DNA of 64,000 nucleotides from Patescibacteria group bacterium. Lineage in GTDB: Bacteria > Patescibacteriota > Patescibacteriia > UBA1558 > GWA2-36-10. Positions within the stretch are counted from its first letter, which is position 1; each line of letters begins with the position of its first letter. The DNA lies in NCBI GenBank assembly GCA_041662585.1, contig JBAZSG010000005.1, forward strand, positions 4,181 through 68,180, written 5' to 3'. Under the pieces are notes generated by a model. It searched no databases. It worked only from the letters and a program-made list of their open reading frames with translations, and was not told the origin of the DNA. Both the position numbers and the translations under genes were made by a program. Below, in pieces: positions 30,942 to 41,000 of the stretch.

Positions 30942-31064
30942 TATCTATTTATTGTTCTTTCTTTGTGTCTACAACGCCTAGCTGCTAGCGCAGAAGCCGT
31001 TGGTCCTAAAACTACTATTATTTTTTGTTTGTCTTTTTTTGGCGTATTTATTTCATTACGAGTA

Positions 31065-31113
31065 ACCTGTGCCAGATGCGACTTTGCGTAGCAACGGAGC
31101 AGTCGGCGCAGGT
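31065..31113. other. Conserved ~30-nt motif, copy 2, in the miaB-miaA spacer
   Basis: Stem ACCTGTGCC...GGCGCAGGT (9 bp with one G.U) flanks the identical core GATGCGACTTTGCGTAGCAACGGAGCA. Confidence 0.4.
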
Positions 31114-31127
31114 ACGAGTAATAATTT

Positions 31128-32429
31128 TTATATTACCTTTGCTTTTACACCCCAGTCTAGAGCTTGAGTTATTTCTACTTTATAAAATTGACCAACTTTT
31201 AATTTTTGTTTAGTTTCTATGTGTACTGGTAAATAATTTGATAATTTGCCGATATTTATGTAGATATTTTTTTCTTTTTTAACTACATCAATCAATGCTT
31301 CGCGTTCTTGTCCAATGAGCTTTTTATTAAAAGCAAAAGATTGGACAGTTAATTGATCATTCATAGCTTGCCAGCGAGCTTTCTTGATTGTTTTTGATAC
31401 ATCATCTTTTATCATTTTGGCAGCAATAGTACCAACTCTAGATGAATATTGAGATATATACATTAGATTATAGTCCATTTCTTTGACTAGCTTTTTTGTA
31501 TCCGCAAAATCTTTGTCTGTCTCACCACAAAAGCCCACAATAATATCACTAGATAGAGTAATATTAGGCATTAATTTGCGTATTTTTTTTATTAATTTTT
31601 TGTACTGGGCTATTGTATAATGTCTATTCATTTTTTTGAGTATTTCATCAGAACCACATTGGACTGGCAAGTGCAAATAATCATTTAGATTTTTACATTT
31701 GGCCATAGTAGAAATAAGCTCATCACTCATATCATAGGGGTGGCTAGTCAAAAACTTTAACCAAAAATGATCTGATAAATCATCTACTTTTTTGAGTAGC
31801 TCTGGAAAAGAAATTTCTTCGCCATTTACCTTGTCCAAGCCATAGCTATTTACATTTTGACCAAGTAACACTATTTCTTTGTAGCCTTTATCTAAAAGTT
31901 CTTTAATTTCTTTTATTATATTTTCTGAAGGACGGGAAGTTTCACGGCCTCTGGTATAGGGCACTGCACAATAAGAGCAAAATTTGTTGCAACCAGTCAT
32001 GATAGGCACATAGGCACGATAAGTTGATCCGTAGCTAGGCGATATATCAAAAAAATCTGGTAAAGCCAATTTTTCTTCAGGATGGATACTAGCTATATCC
32101 TGAGCTAAATTTTCTAGTTTTTTTATATCAATAAATAAATCAAATTTGTGAGCTAGCTTTTTTTTATCAGAATCTAAAACACAACCAGAAAGTATGGTAA
32201 TCAGTGGTCTGGTTTCTTTGGTGAGTTGCCAGTGGTGTACTTTGCTGTAGATTCTATCTACTGCTGCCTGCTTGACGGAGCAAGCTACTATGACTATCAG
32301 ATCAGCTTCTGCTTCATTTTTTGTTTCGCTATAGCCTATTTTTTTTAGCACAGTAGCTAGTCTCTCACCGTCAGATGAATTCATTTGACAACCAAATATA
32401 ATAAGATGAAATTTTTTATTTTTTATCAT
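31128..32429 (-). CDS. miaB: tRNA-2-methylthio-N6-dimethylallyladenosine synthase (radical SAM methylthiotransferase)
   Basis: UPF0004 N-domain (HLIIFGCQMN), radical SAM CSYCAVPYTRG and a TRAM C-domain. Start probably the ATG at 32429. Confidence 0.85.
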   Translation of the reverse strand: MIKNKKFHLIIFGCQMNSSDGERLATVLKKIGYSETKNEAEADLIVIVACSVKQAAVDRIYSKVHHWQLTKETRPLITILSGCVLDSDKKKLAHKFDLFIDIKKLENLAQDIASIHPEEKLALPDFFDISPSYGSTYRAYVPIMTGCNKFCSYCAVPYTRGRETSRPSENIIKEIKELLDKGYKEIVLLGQNVNSYGLDKVNGEEISFPELLKKVDDLSDHFWLKFLTSHPYDMSDELISTMAKCKNLNDYLHLPVQCGSDEILKKMNRHYTIAQYKKLIKKIRKLMPNITLSSDIIVGFCGETDKDFADTKKLVKEMDYNLMYISQYSSRVGTIAAKMIKDDVSKTIKKARWQAMNDQLTVQSFAFNKKLIGQEREALIDVVKKEKNIYINIGKLSNYLPVHIETKQKLKVGQFYKVEITQALDWGVKAKVI

Positions 32430-32500
32430 AGCTGATATTGTAGACTTTTTTTTAAAGCTAGTCAAAAACAGCCCAATTATTAGGGCTGTTAGGTATCGTA

Positions 32501-33715
32501 TTAATTATTTTTTATTTCAATTTGTCTTTGTTGGATTTGTCTTTTTAATACAGGGTTGTCTTCTATATTTTGTTCCAAAATTCTTAGTTTAGCTGGATCT
32601 GTAGTAGCTTGAATTCTAGCCTTGATTCCTTGAGTTTGAATTTCTAAAAGATTTTTTATTTCATCTTTATTTTCAGGAGTGTCTAGAGTTTTTAGAAATT
32701 CAAGATTTATGGGGTGGCTATTTAGTTTGTCTTCAAATTGATTTAAAAATCTTTTTTGTTCTTCTTCGTTTAAGCTTTGAAATCTATTGCGCAGGGCATT
32801 AGAATAGGTATTTAGTATATTGTTGGCTTTTTCTCTAATAGAAGCTGGTAATTTTTCGCTATCTTTTAAATTACTAATAAATCTTTGTTTGGTGAGCTCA
32901 GGAATTTTTATATTATTTATATATTTTTCCAATTTTTCTCTATCAGTATTATCAATATTTTCCAATTTTTCGGCCAGTCTTTCCTCAGCTCGGAGTCTAG
33001 CAGCTTCTATTTTGCCTCTAGCTTCTTCTGGAAGAGTATTACTCAATTCTTCTAAAGTAGCTATATTTTTAAGTTGCCTAAATTTACTACCAACATTATT
33101 GTCATCAACAGCTTCTTCTAACCTTTTCTGTAAATTTTCTTTATTAGTATTATACCAGCGTAGAGCAGTGGCATGTTTAATATTTTCTAATTTTTCTAAG
33201 TCCGTTTGAGAAATTTTGTTTCGTAATTTTTCAGTTACAGTAGATAATACTTGTTGATGTTTTAATTGGTTAGCGTCAAATTTTTCTAATAACCTTTCTT
33301 TTAACTCTGGATTTTCTTCTAAGCGAATAGCTATTTTTTCTCTCGCCTGCTCATATCTTTTTAATGCTTCTTCTACTCTGCTAGCAGCATTAGCCGTTCC
33401 TATTTCTGATAGCTTCTGAGCTTCTATTAATCTACGATTAGATATCTCTTCTAGCTTGGCTATTTTTTCTTCTGATTTAAAAGTAAAAAACAGGTTAATA
33501 TTTTCCTTAAATAATTGCCAATTGTATTTGAATTCTCCTGGTAGAGCACTAGGATTTTCTATGCCAAAACTTTTAGCGTTTATTTCATCTGTTTCAAATT
33601 CTAGTAAAGCATTGGCAAGTTCTTCGGAGTTTGTAGTTTGAGCTTTTACATTTGTAAATACAAAACTAGCAAAGATTAGGATGATAATCAAGCTAAATGT
33701 TTTTAATAATTTCAT
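32501..33715 (-). CDS. Secreted coiled-coil protein, hypothetical
   Basis: Signal peptide MKLLKTFSLIIILIFASFVFTNVKA, then E/K/L-rich heptad-like sequence. 404 aa. Confidence 0.45.
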   Translation of the reverse strand: MKLLKTFSLIIILIFASFVFTNVKAQTTNSEELANALLEFETDEINAKSFGIENPSALPGEFKYNWQLFKENINLFFTFKSEEKIAKLEEISNRRLIEAQKLSEIGTANAASRVEEALKRYEQAREKIAIRLEENPELKERLLEKFDANQLKHQQVLSTVTEKLRNKISQTDLEKLENIKHATALRWYNTNKENLQKRLEEAVDDNNVGSKFRQLKNIATLEELSNTLPEEARGKIEAARLRAEERLAEKLENIDNTDREKLEKYINNIKIPELTKQRFISNLKDSEKLPASIREKANNILNTYSNALRNRFQSLNEEEQKRFLNQFEDKLNSHPINLEFLKTLDTPENKDEIKNLLEIQTQGIKARIQATTDPAKLRILEQNIEDNPVLKRQIQQRQIEIKNN

Positions 33716-33774
33716 GATAATTTTATTAAGTATTAGCTATAATTATTATAGCATTTTATAGCTTTTTATAACAA

Positions 33775-35517
33775 TTATAAACTACGATTTTTAATATCGT
33801 TTTTTATTTTGGTTATAAATTCTGTTTGAGAAATATTTAATAAATTTTCTTGTCCACGTACTCTGACTGCTAAATCTTTGGAATTTACTTCTTTGTCACC
33901 AATTACTAGAGTGTAGGGTATTTTTTCTTGAGAGCTTTTTCTTATTTTATTACCTACTGTTTCATCAGAAATATCTAGCTCTACGCGTATATTTTCTTTG
34001 GCAAATTCTTCAGCTAGATTTTGACAATATTTAATATGTCCCTCACCAACAGATATTATTTTTATTTGTACTGGAGAAAGCCAGAGAGGAAAAACGCCAC
34101 CATAATGCTCAATCAATATTCCCAAAAATCTTTCAGGAGAACCAATAATAGCGCGATGGATCATCACTGGATTTTTTTCATGACCATCTTTATCAGTATA
34201 AGTCAATTCAAAACGTTTGGGCATATTAAAATCAAGCTGGATAGTAGATATTTGCCATTCTCTTTTTAAAGCATCTTTGGCAATAATATCCATTTTGGGA
34301 CCATAAAAAGCGGCTTCACCGATAGCTGTTTCGTAGTTTATAGCATTATTTTGGAGGAGTTTTTCCAGTAGCTGCTGAGATTTTTCCCAGATTGTCGCGT
34401 CACCGAGATATTTTTCTTTGTGTTCAGGATCCCACAGAGATAATCTGACAAAATAGTTTAGGTCGTATATTTTTAAAGCTTTGTGTATAATACCCAAGAT
34501 ATTTTTAAATTCAGATTCTATTTGATCTTCTCTACAAAAACTATGACCGTCATCCTGAGAAAAACATCTCAGTCTGGTCAAGCCTGATAATTCTCCAGGT
34601 TTTTCATCTCGAAATAAATTGGCAAAATCAGCATAGCGTATCGGCAGATCGCGATAGCTTCTTTTGCGAGATGCATATATTTGAGTATGTTGAGGACAGT
34701 TCATTGGCTTGAGAAAAAATTCTTCTTTACTGTAATGAGAAGTAGCCGATATCATATCATCTTTGAATTTATCATAATGTCCAGAAATTTTGAAAAGTTC
34801 AGCTTTATTTATTTGTGGAGAGTGTACTTCAGAAAAACCAATGGTTTTTTGTAGTTCATTTGAGAAGTTAATAATTTCTTTTCTCATAGTAGTGCCTTTA
34901 GGAGTATAGAGTGGCATACCTTGTCCTACTAATTCCGAAAAAGTAAAAAGGTCTAGTTCTTTGCCTAGTTTTCTATGATCACGTTTTTTGGCTTCTTCGA
35001 GCATAGCTAGATATTCATCTAGTTCTTCTTTTGTTTCAAAGGCTACACCATAGATACGAGTGAGCATTTGATTTTTTTCATCACCACGCCAATAAGCTCC
35101 AGCAGTAGCAGTCAGTTTAAAAGCTTTGGCATTTATTTCAGTGCTATATTCTACATGAGGGCCAGCACAAAGATCAGTAAAATTACCAGAAGTGTAATAG
35201 CTTATTTCTTCTGATTTTGGTAAATCATTAATTAACTCAATTTTAAATAATTGATTTTTTGATTTTTGCAAAGCTTCTTCACGAGACACAATATTTTTCT
35301 CAAATTTTATTTTTTGAGATATTATTTTCTTCATTTGTTTTTCTAGCTTTGGTAATTCAGTATCAGATAAATTATCTGGTAATAAAAAATCATAATAAAA
35401 ACCATTATCAATAGTTGGTCCAATGGCTAGTTTGGCATCAGGAAATTTTTGCAAGACAGCCATAGCTAGTATGTGAGACAGTGAGTGACGTTTGGCGTCG
35501 ATGTTTGATTTGTTCAT
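33775..35517 (-). CDS. thrS: Threonyl-tRNA synthetase (lacks the N-terminal TGS domain)
   Basis: Class II motifs including HRAIIGSPERF (motif 3). Zn-binding editing/catalytic core and an anticodon-binding C-domain. 580 aa. Confidence 0.9.
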   Translation of the reverse strand: MNKSNIDAKRHSLSHILAMAVLQKFPDAKLAIGPTIDNGFYYDFLLPDNLSDTELPKLEKQMKKIISQKIKFEKNIVSREEALQKSKNQLFKIELINDLPKSEEISYYTSGNFTDLCAGPHVEYSTEINAKAFKLTATAGAYWRGDEKNQMLTRIYGVAFETKEELDEYLAMLEEAKKRDHRKLGKELDLFTFSELVGQGMPLYTPKGTTMRKEIINFSNELQKTIGFSEVHSPQINKAELFKISGHYDKFKDDMISATSHYSKEEFFLKPMNCPQHTQIYASRKRSYRDLPIRYADFANLFRDEKPGELSGLTRLRCFSQDDGHSFCREDQIESEFKNILGIIHKALKIYDLNYFVRLSLWDPEHKEKYLGDATIWEKSQQLLEKLLQNNAINYETAIGEAAFYGPKMDIIAKDALKREWQISTIQLDFNMPKRFELTYTDKDGHEKNPVMIHRAIIGSPERFLGILIEHYGGVFPLWLSPVQIKIISVGEGHIKYCQNLAEEFAKENIRVELDISDETVGNKIRKSSQEKIPYTLVIGDKEVNSKDLAVRVRGQENLLNISQTEFITKIKNDIKNRSL

Positions 35518-35540
35518 ATTTAGACTTATTATTTGGGATA

Positions 35541-35760
35541 AAAAAACCCAAGACTTATTAAGCCTCGGGACCCTTCTTTGCTAAAGCTACGAAGGGCGGT
35601 TCCACCCAAGTTCTACCCAAAGCTTTAGTTTTGGGTAACACTTTTTAATAATATAGAGATTTAGGCCCTTATTAGGGATTCTGTATATTTACAGAAGAAT
35701 AGTTGGTAGCTATTCCAATCATCTTAGATTATTATTTATTATAGTCTTTTTAGAAAAAAA
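35541..35760 (-). promoter_or_regulatory. T-box riboswitch leader of thrS with an ACC (Thr) specifier
   Basis: On the minus strand, specifier hairpin GGAATAG-CTACCAA-CTATTC contains ACC. The T-box sequence AACTTGGGTGGAACCGCCC fits the AGGGUGGNACCGCG consensus. Terminator CCCGAGGC-UUAAUAA-GUCUUGGG followed by a U7 run lies just before the thrS start. Confidence 0.7.
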
Positions 35761-35790
35761 GTCAAAATATTTTTATAGCTATAAAATATA

Positions 35791-36790
35791 TTATATAACT
35801 TTTCGTATTAAAGACAGGCGACGAATAGTACTAATAAATATCCAACTGAGTAAGAAGCTTATAATAAATACAATCAATGATTTATAAATTGCATGAAGAT
35901 TGAATTCTAATAAATAATATTGTAGCCCAGTTACAAATATATAATGAACAATATATATGCCATAGGCATTAGTATTTAAATTGTCTAGTTTATCGGTATG
36001 TTTTGTCACAAAGCGTAGAAAAGTTGCGCTGACCCCTAGAGTCATAAGAGCTGAAAAAAGAATATTGGTCACAATCATCATTGTTCCCAAGAAATTAAAA
36101 AGATTATAGCCAATAATAAATGTCACTATAGCCAAACTTAAGTATAGCCACCAATTTTTTGTAAGCTTGCTTTGGGAATTAAATATAGTATTTTCAATTC
36201 CATATGCTCCAACTCCAAGGCCAGCAAAAAAATATATTAAATGAAGAATCAAAATCCACTGAGGACCAAATTTAATTATTATTGGTAAATATATAAAGAT
36301 GGAAATTATAAATAAAATAGCAAAAAATATTAGATGATTTTTAAAAATACCAGACGCTTTTATTTTTAATTTGTCATCCAAATGAGGTACTAGTTTATAT
36401 AATATAGCGCTTAATATATCAAAAGTTAATAAGACCCACAAAAACCATAGATGTCCAGCTATACCAATCATACCAAAGCTAGCAGCTATAGAAGTTAGTA
36501 ATAAATATGGGATGCCAAGTTTTATAAATCTGCTATATAAAAATTTTTTTGCTCCTTTACGTTTTAGACTTTGCCAAACAAAAAATCCCGAAATTAAAAA
36601 TAACAGGGACATTGAAAAATTATAATTAAATAATACTATAAATTTAAATCCAAGCCATTGATATTTATCAGTAACTTGGCTCAGCTTTGATAAAGGAGTG
36701 TAAGCAACGATTGAGTGATGGATTAGAGTAAGAAGGATGATAAAACTACGAAGATAATCAAAGGTAATTATTTTGTCTGTTTTAGCTATG
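35791..36790 (-). CDS. Acyltransferase family 3 (OatA-like) membrane protein with an uncertain start
   Basis: The listed ORF (35791-36612) continues upstream in frame through KTDKIITFDYLRSFIILLTLIHHSIVAYTP, the AT3 N-terminal motif. No ATG/GTG/TTG lies between the upstream stop and this motif. Confidence 0.5.
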
Positions 36791-36817
36791 ATTTTTTGTA
36801 TACTTTTAAATAAAGAC

Positions 36818-37957
36818 TTATTCTATTATGATATGGTCTTTTAATCTTGGAGTTGTCTTGACCCAGAAAGGAGAAAATTTTATTTCTATTTTTTCGGGAT
36901 TAAATTTTTGAAAATAGTCTCTTAGTCCTTGTTCGTTTAGTCCGACTAGTTCAGATTTATCTATATCCCAATTATTTTCACTAGAAGATATAGTAGTATT
37001 TGTTTTTACTTCTATGATCGCTTCATTTTTTTCTAGATTTATTTCCAAGATATTATAGCTTATTTGATTATTTTCAAAATTTACCAATACTTGTCCACTT
37101 TCCAATTCTTTGGCTAGTTTCTCTTGGGCAACTTTTAGTAAAGATTCTTGATCAAAAATCAAGGCATGAACAGTTATTTTTTGAGTTACTGTAGTTGTTT
37201 CGCTAATATCTCCCACCTGATTACTATCTATATCCTCAAATTCAAGTTTTAATCTATTTTCATCTATAGCCAATTTGTCACCCACCATTTCATTGATAGT
37301 GGCTATACTTTTGGCTATTGCCTCTAGTCTTATTTTTTCTTTGGCTACTGCTATATTTTCTTCTGTGACAGCAAAACCAGGAATACTTTGCAAACTCATA
37401 CCTTCTGTTGTTTCAGCATAAATTTTGTCTTGTAAACCTTCCCAAAGACCAGGAATAATAAAAGTAATAGCACCAGTTACAAATTCTTCACCTTCTTTGT
37501 CAGCTTCTGCCCAAACTTTTACTTGATCGCCAGCAGCTACAGTCACGCCTTCACTAAGTCTAAATAATTTATTGTCAGGCGTTAGTAGGCGAGTAGTTTT
37601 TACTAGGGCTTGATTCTTAGAATAATTATTGTAGATAGTGACATAACCACCAGCTTTGTCGCTACTAGTTGTTTCTTTGCTACTATCTACAGTGGCACTA
37701 AGTTCCAATTCAGTAGTGATTATTTTTCCTAAAATTGTTTCTGTTGATATATCTTCACTATCTTCAGCTTGCATTTCTACCAAAACAGAGGATTCTTTTG
37801 TTTCTAAATTGCTATATATTTTTATTTGTACTTTGGCTAGAGCAAAATGTATTACTACAAATATAGCAATAATAGTCAAAAACAGAAAAAAACTTACCAA
37901 TTTGGAATAAGCGGTGTTTGATTTTCTTTTTGTAGTTTGATTGATTTCCATATTCAA
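36818..37957 (-). CDS. Hypothetical membrane-anchored extracytoplasmic protein
   Basis: N-terminal TM segment, then 340 aa with no recognised domain. Confidence 0.4.
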   Translation of the reverse strand: MNMEINQTTKRKSNTAYSKLVSFFLFLTIIAIFVVIHFALAKVQIKIYSNLETKESSVLVEMQAEDSEDISTETILGKIITTELELSATVDSSKETTSSDKAGGYVTIYNNYSKNQALVKTTRLLTPDNKLFRLSEGVTVAAGDQVKVWAEADKEGEEFVTGAITFIIPGLWEGLQDKIYAETTEGMSLQSIPGFAVTEENIAVAKEKIRLEAIAKSIATINEMVGDKLAIDENRLKLEFEDIDSNQVGDISETTTVTQKITVHALIFDQESLLKVAQEKLAKELESGQVLVNFENNQISYNILEINLEKNEAIIEVKTNTTISSSENNWDIDKSELVGLNEQGLRDYFQKFNPEKIEIKFSPFWVKTTPRLKDHIIIE

Positions 37958-38014
37958 ATAATTAAATATTTATTATAATGAGTATATTATAGCGCATATC
38001 AATATTTTTCACCA

Positions 38015-41000
38015 TTATACTTGATCTTTATTTATTTGCCAGCTATCAGCTCCCAAAAAAGCACTGATTTTTTCTTGTAGGTCTTTGTTGGGCAGTACTT
38101 TTATTTTGGTTTTTATTTTTCTTATTTGACCATTATTTATTTTTAAATATACTGGACTTAATCCCGGACTAGTATCTAAAATAGTTTTTAATTGTTCCAT
38201 TTTTTCTTTATCAAAACCATGTGGTAAAGACAACCACAGCTTTTCTTCAGCTAAATTTTTGGCATCTAGATCATTGAGAGTTGCTGTAGTTATCAATTCG
38301 GCTCTTTCTACCAATATTTTTGTTTGACCATCTTTGTCCGATACCTTTCCTTCTACTATTACTTTGTTTTCATCTTGCCATAGCTGGAAAGTAATGTCCA
38401 ATGTTTTTGGAAAGATGATTATTTCAGTGCTAGCAGTAGAGTCTTCTAGTACTACAAAGAGCATAGCTTGTCCTTTGTGAGTAGTTATTTTGTGAACATT
38501 GGTTACTATGCCAGCTACTTTTACACTTTGACCTTCTTTCTTTTTTAATTTGTCCAAAGTAGTGACATGTTTTTTTAGTATTTTGATATAGGATTTAAAA
38601 GGATGATCAGAAATATATAGACCCATTAATTCTTTTTCCCAAGATAGGCGGGTTTGAATGTCTATATCTTCAAATTCATCTAGTTTTAGAGACAGTGTTG
38701 AAGTGGCCATTGGTAAATCTGCAAAAAGATTGTTTTGACCACTTTTGTGTTCGTTTTGAATTTTTTTGCTAAATTCTAATAAAGCTTGAATATTGCCTAG
38801 AGCTTTACCACGAGAAATCAAAGAATCCAAAGCGCCAGCTTTTATCAAACTTTCTAAAGATTTTTTATTCAAATCTTTATCTTTGATACGAGTGAGCATT
38901 TCTTCTATTGATTTGTAATGGCCATTATTTTTTCTTTCTTGAATAATAGTTTTGGCAATATGATGTCCGACGTTTTTGATAGCATTTAAACCAAAGCGTA
39001 TTTTGCCCAATTTATTTTTAGTAGTACTTTCTACTACCGAAAAATTTGAAAAACTTTCATTTACATCTGGGGCCAATACTTCGATGCCCATTTTTTGGCA
39101 TTCTTTTATTTCAATAGTTACTCGGTCTATATTGTCTTGATCAGCTGTCAGTAGAGCTGCCATAAATGCTTCGGGAAAATTGCTTTTGAGATAGGCTGTT
39201 TGGTAAGCAATCATAGCATAGCAAGCGGCATGAGATCTATTGAAACCGTAGCGAGCAAAAGGTACAATAAATTCCCATATTTTAGTAGCAGTTTTTTTAT
39301 CTATACCATTATCAATCATGCCAGAAATAATTTTTTCTTCTTGTTCATCAAGTAATTTTTTTATTTTTTTACCAACGGCTTTTCTGAGCACATCAGCTTG
39401 ACCATAAGAAAAGCCAGCCAAGTCACGCACAATTCGCATGATTTGTTCTTGATAGATAGCAATGCCATAGGTATTTTTTAAAATTGGTTCTAATTTTGGA
39501 TGGAGGTAGCTTACTTTTTTCTTACCATGTTTTCCAGCAATAAAATCAGGTATAAATTCCATTGGACCAGGACGATAAAGAGAAACCATGGCAATAATAT
39601 CTTCTAATTCAGTTGGTTTTAATTGCTTGAGGTATCTTTTCATACCACCAGACTCTAGCTGAAATACACCAGTGGTATTACCACTTTGAAATAACTCAAA
39701 AGTTTTTTTATCTTCTAGTGGCAAATTGTCTAGATCAATTTTGATGCCTTTGGTTGCTGCTACTATGTCAATGGTTTTTTCTAGTATAGTCAAGTTTTTT
39801 AGTCCCAAAAAATCCATTTTTAATAAGCCCAGATCTTCTACTGGGTGCATAGAATATTGGGAAACGATAGTTTTATCATCACCACTAGCATATTGAAGAG
39901 GAGTATAGTTGGTCAGAGGTTCTTTGGTGATAAGTACAGCACAAGCATGAGTACTTGAGTGACGACACAAACCTTCTAGTTTTTGAGCCATATCCAACAA
40001 GCGTTGAGCTTCTAAATCTTCTTCGTATATTTTTTTGAGCTCATCTACATTGGTCAGAGCATCACCTAGAGAAGTAAACATCGGAATCATTTTGGCCAGT
40101 TGATCACAATAGCCATAGCTATAGCCTAATACACGCCCCACATCTCTGATAGCGGCGCGCGCCGCCATAGTACCAAAGGTGATGATTTGAGATACATGGT
40201 CTTTTCCATACTTATCTTCTACATAGCGGATTACTTCGTCACGTCTAGTATCAGCAAAATCAAGATCAATATCAGGCATTGATATACGCTCAGGATTGAG
40301 AAATCTCTCAAAAATCAAGTCATATTTTAGAGGATCAATATTGGTAATATTGATAAGATAAGAGACTAGTGATCCAGCGGCAGATCCACGACCTGGTCCA
40401 ACAATGATACCTTGGGATTTTGACCAGTTTACAAAGTCTTGAACAATCAAAAAATAAGTAGCATAGCCAGTTTTTTTGATAATAGCTATTTCATAATCAA
40501 GCCTTTCTTGAATATGAGTAGGGATATATTTTTCTTTAAAGCCAAATCTTTTAGCAACTCCTTGAATACAGAGTCTATACAACTCAGCATCAGCATTGGT
40601 ATTGGAAGGTAATTCGTATTCTGGTAATTGTATGACGCCCAATTCTATTTCTACATTACAACGATCAGCTATTTTTTTTGTATTAGCTATAGCTACTTTT
40701 GCTTCTTTACCAAATAATTCCAAAACTCTTGCTTCGGTAATCATAGAATAATCTTCACCAAGATAGTTCATACGACCTTCATCGTTTTTCTTTTGTTTGG
40801 TTTGGATACAAAGCAGTACGTCTTGAGCCTGATCATCATCAGAGTGGACATAGTGAGCATCATTGGTGATGATAAGAGGAATATTGTGTTGAGAGGACAA
40901 TTTTTTATATGCTTCATTTACTGTTTTTTGAGCATCATTGTTTATATGTTGCATTTCCAAAAATAGATTATTATGGCCAAAAATATCCAATAGGATATTT

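Noticed and set aside
31025-31213. Plus-strand 62-aa ORF in the miaB-miaA spacer
   Set aside because: It overlaps the miaB 3' end and the conserved hairpin motif, is low-complexity, and has no RBS. It is spurious.
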